Shown in pieces: positions 60,842-64,000 of a DNA stretch of 64,000 bases. The notes under the pieces were generated by a model. That model had not been told where the DNA came from. It saw only the letters and a list, made by a program, of their open reading frames with translations, and searched no databases. Position numbers and translations under genes: made by a program. The DNA is from Alkalispirochaeta sp. (GTDB lineage: Bacteria; Spirochaetota; Spirochaetia; DSM-27196; Alkalispirochaetaceae): positions 3,872,001 to 3,936,000 of the forward strand of contig OZ271854.1 of assembly GCA_965601925.1 (NCBI GenBank), given 5' to 3'. Numbering within the stretch: position 1 is the first letter of the stretch; each line of letters starts with the position of its first letter.

Positions 60842-62254
60842 ATGAAAAAAAACTTGTTCAACACCGTATGGGATCTTCACAAGGTGGGAACGCTGGAGTC
60901 GGGACAGGATCAACTCTTTATCGGGTTGCATATGATTCACGAGGTGACCTCGCCGCAGGCGTTTCAAATGTTGGCCGAGCGCGGGCTTAAGGTACTTCGA
61001 CCCGACCGTACCTTTGCAACGGTGGACCATATTGTGCCGACGGCGGATCTGGAACGTCCGTTCAAGGACCGCCTTGCCGAGGAGATGATGCAGGCGTTGG
61101 AGCGCAACACCGCCGAGCATGGGATCGAGTTCTTCGGCCTTCACACCGACCACCAAGGAATCGTACACATCATCGGCCCCGAGTTGGGTCTTACCCAACC
61201 GGCGATGACGATCGCCTGCGGAGACAGCCACACCTCGACGCACGGTGCTTTCGGCGCGATCGGGTTTGGAATCGGCACGTCGCAGATCCGGGATGTCCTC
61301 GCCACGCAGACGATGGCGCTGAGCCGCCCCAAAGTTCGTAAGATCGACGTGTCCGGACACCTCGCCTCGGGCGTATACGCCAAGGATATCATTTTGCGCA
61401 TCATCGCGGAGCTCGGTGTGAACGGCGGTATCGGATACGCCTACGAGTACGCGGGCGATGCGATACACGCTCTTTCCATGGAGGAGCGCATGACGATCTG
61501 CAACATGAGCATCGAGGGCGGCGCGCGCGTCGGATACGTCAATCCCGACGAGACGACCTTCGAGTACCTGCGGGGGCGCCGCTATGCGCCGAAAGGCGAC
61601 GCCTTCGAGCGCGCCGTCGAGTTCTGGCAGGGGGTCGCGAGTGGAGACGACGCCGAGTATGACGATGTGTTCCACCTTGATGCCGATTCATTGCGCCCTA
61701 TGGTGACGTGGGGTATTACCCCGGGGCAGGCCATCCCCGTCGACGAGAGAATCCCGGCGGTGGCGGAGTTGCCCGAGGACCAGCAGGAGACGGCCGAAAA
61801 GGCGTTGGCGCACATGGGGTTTGCCGAGCGGGAGCGCATTAAGGGTAAGAAGATCGACGTCGCCTTTCTCGGAAGCTGCACCAATGGACGAATCAGCGAT
61901 CTGCGAGAGGCCGCCCGAATCGTGAAGGGGAACAAAGTCGCGCGAGGGGTGCGCGCCTTTGTCGTGCCGGGATCCAAGCAGGTCTCAATCCAGGCCGAGC
62001 GCGAGGGACTGCCGGATATCTTTCGCGACGCCGGTTTCGACTGGCGCGGCTCGGGCTGTTCGATGTGCCTCGGGATGAACCCCGACCAGCTCAAGGGACG
62101 GGAGATGTCGGCGTCGAGCTCCAACCGTAACTTCGTCGGCCGCCAAGGCTCCCCCACCGGACGGACGCTGTTGATGAGTCCCGCGATGGTGGCCGTTGCG
62201 GCGATTACCGGCGAAGTATCGGATGCGCGCGAGTTTACGCACCTCTCCGCGTAG
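60842..62254 (+). CDS. leuC: 3-isopropylmalate dehydratase large subunit
   Basis: [40 protein letters not shown]. Confidence 0.97.
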   Translation: MKKNLFNTVWDLHKVGTLESGQDQLFIGLHMIHEVTSPQAFQMLAERGLKVLRPDRTFATVDHIVPTADLERPFKDRLAEEMMQALERNTAEHGIEFFGLHTDHQGIVHIIGPELGLTQPAMTIACGDSHTSTHGAFGAIGFGIGTSQIRDVLATQTMALSRPKVRKIDVSGHLASGVYAKDIILRIIAELGVNGGIGYAYEYAGDAIHALSMEERMTICNMSIEGGARVGYVNPDETTFEYLRGRRYAPKGDAFERAVEFWQGVASGDDAEYDDVFHLDADSLRPMVTWGITPGQAIPVDERIPAVAELPEDQQETAEKALAHMGFAERERIKGKKIDVAFLGSCTNGRISDLREAARIVKGNKVARGVRAFVVPGSKQVSIQAEREGLPDIFRDAGFDWRGSGCSMCLGMNPDQLKGREMSASSSNRNFVGRQGSPTGRTLLMSPAMVAVAAITGEVSDAREFTHLSA

Positions 62255-62276
62255 TCTCGAGGAGAAAGGAGCTGAC

Positions 62277-62897
62277 ATGCAGGAAATTAAGCACGCGATC
62301 AAACACGTCGACGGTACGGGCATCGTCGTCAGAGGGAACGACATCGACACCGATCAGATTATCCCGGCGCGATACATGAAAGTAGTCACTTTCGACGGTC
62401 TGGGAGAGTACGCCTTCTACGATGTGCGCTACGACGCCGACGGATCGAAGAAATCGCATCCCTTCAACGATGAGCGTTACGACGGCGCCTCCATTCTGAT
62501 TGTGAATCGGAACTTCGGGTGCGGATCGTCGCGCGAACACGCGCCCCAGGCGCTCATGCGGTCCGGGATTCGCATCGTTATCGGCGAGTCATTTGCCGAG
62601 ATATTCGCGGGAAACTGTACGGCTATGGGCGTCCCGACGGTTATTCTCGGCGCGCGGGAGGTCGAGGAGATCATGGGGACCGTCGAGGCCGATCCAGGGA
62701 CGACGATCTCGGTGGATCTTCCTTCGTCGACGATAACGGTCGGCTCTCAGGACTACGAGTTCTCGATGGCACCGGCGTACCGTAGTGCGCTCATCGCCGG
62801 AAGTTGGGATTCGACGTCGGTGCTCCTCTCTCATGTGGACGCCGTGGAGGCGTTGGGATCGCGGATTCCCTATCTCAACGATTTTGCAACACCATAG
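62277..62897 (+). CDS. leuD: 3-isopropylmalate dehydratase small subunit
   Basis: DIDTDQIIPA, NFGCGSSREHAP, SFAEIF; AAGGAG SD. Confidence 0.97.
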   Translation: MQEIKHAIKHVDGTGIVVRGNDIDTDQIIPARYMKVVTFDGLGEYAFYDVRYDADGSKKSHPFNDERYDGASILIVNRNFGCGSSREHAPQALMRSGIRIVIGESFAEIFAGNCTAMGVPTVILGAREVEEIMGTVEADPGTTISVDLPSSTITVGSQDYEFSMAPAYRSALIAGSWDSTSVLLSHVDAVEALGSRIPYLNDFATP

Positions 62898-62912
62898 GAG
62901 GAGCGGCATACC

Positions 62913-64000
62913 ATGGCGGAAAAACTGAATCGACGGTCGCGAGTCATGACCGAAGGGGTGGAACGAACGGCGAATCGTGCGATGTTTCGCGCCGTCGGCT
63001 TCGGCGACGACGACTTTGACAAGCCGATTATCGGCATCGCCAGCGCCGGGAGCGACGTCAGCCCGTGCAACGTCCATCACGATGAGATCGCCGAGATTTC
63101 AAAGAAGCGACTCAAAGCGTCGGACTCCATGCCGGTGAGCTTCCATACCTTCATCGTCACCGACGGCCAGGCGATGGGCCACGAGGGGATGAAGGCCTCC
63201 CTCATCTCGCGCGACACGATCGCCGACGTCATCGAGCTCTCCGCTCACGGCCACCAGATGGATGCGCTATTGGGCATCGGCGGCTGCGACAAGACGATCC
63301 CCGGCACCGTTATGGGCATGGCGCGAATGGACGTGCCGAGCGTCTTCGTTTACGGCGGTACGATCGCCGCGGGAATCTACAAGGGCCAGAAGGTCGACAT
63401 CGTCAGCGCCTTCGAGGCGGTCGGTGCGTACTCGGCCGGTAAGATCACCGAAGAGGAGCGCCACGGAATCGAAGTCGCGGCGTGCCCCGGCGCCGGGGCG
63501 TGCGGGGGTATGTACACCGCCAATACGCTGGCCTCGGCCATGGAGGCGCTCGGCATGAGTATTCCCGGGAGCGCGTCGGTACCGGCGGTACACGAGTTGC
63601 GCACGTGGGCTATGGAGGCGAGCGCCGACGCGTTGATGCACTGCGTAAGAGAGAACATCATTCCCAGGGACATCATGACGCGAAAGGCCTTTGAGAACGC
63701 GATCCGCGTGGTGATGGCGCTTGGAGGGAGCACCAATTCGGTCCTGCATCTCCTTGCATTGGCTCACGAGGTCGACGTCAAGCTCGAAATCGAGGACTTC
63801 AACACCTTCTACGATACGACGCCGATCCTAACCAACATGAAGCCGGCGGGACGCTTCGTCATGGAGGACCTTTTCCAGGTGGGCGGCGTACAGATGGTGA
63901 TGAAGATGCTCTTGGAGCGAGGGTTGCTTCACGGAGATTGTCTCACCGTTACCGGAAAGACGATCGCCGAAAACCTTAAGCATGTCGAAGTGCGCCTGGA
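62913..64000 (+). CDS. ilvD: Dihydroxy-acid dehydratase, truncated by the window end
   Basis: Not in the ORF track. Manual translation gives [61 protein letters not shown]. Confidence 0.95.
   Translation, partial: MAEKLNRRSRVMTEGVERTANRAMFRAVGFGDDDFDKPIIGIASAGSDVSPCNVHHDEIAEISKKRLKASDSMPVSFHTFIVTDGQAMGHEGMKASLISRDTIADVIELSAHGHQMDALLGIGGCDKTIPGTVMGMARMDVPSVFVYGGTIAAGIYKGQKVDIVSAFEAVGAYSAGKITEEERHGIEVAACPGAGACGGMYTANTLASAMEALGMSIPGSASVPAVHELRTWAMEASADALMHCVRENIIPRDIMTRKAFENAIRVVMALGGSTNSVLHLLALAHEVDVKLEIEDFNTFYDTTPILTNMKPAGRFVMEDLFQVGGVQMVMKMLLERGLLHGDCLTVTGKTIAENLKHVEVRL

Overview
High-GC core-genome window from a free-living spirochaete. The family placement (Spirochaetaceae-like) is inferred from the GAPDH insert '[19 protein letters not shown]', the E-C-A-B-D-I-K V-ATPase and TP0733/pallilysin-like envelope genes. 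About 59 tightly packed CDS, mostly on the minus strand up to 54.7 kb: purine synthesis (guaB-purA-guaA; folD plus a split purH), surface/envelope proteins (pallilysin-like and TP0136-like lipoproteins, TP0733-like OMP, a ~1680-aa Ig-repeat protein, LptD, HtrA, SurA, SecG), gap-pgk-tpi, phoH-ybeY-corC, uvrA, a probably Na+-coupled V-ATPase, murI-rsgA-mutS2, yggS/pdxST, crtB-crtE and ilvBN-leuCD-ilvD. I saw no mobile element, CRISPR array, tRNA/rRNA or recognisable defence island, so there is no obvious stand-alone novel system. The best leads are: (1) a recurrent -10 hexamer 5-9 nt before the start codon with no Shine-Dalgarno at about 10 transcription-unit starts, suggesting widespread leaderless translation; (2) a pentapeptide-repeat gene coupled to an MBL-fold protein that has lost almost all metal ligands; (3) a SAP-like motif in the LptD N-terminus; (4) a terminator flanked by 8-bp direct repeats between pdxS and pdxT; (5) treponemal adhesin-like genes in an environmental genome. 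Family calls rest on motif recognition by eye; no database search was run.
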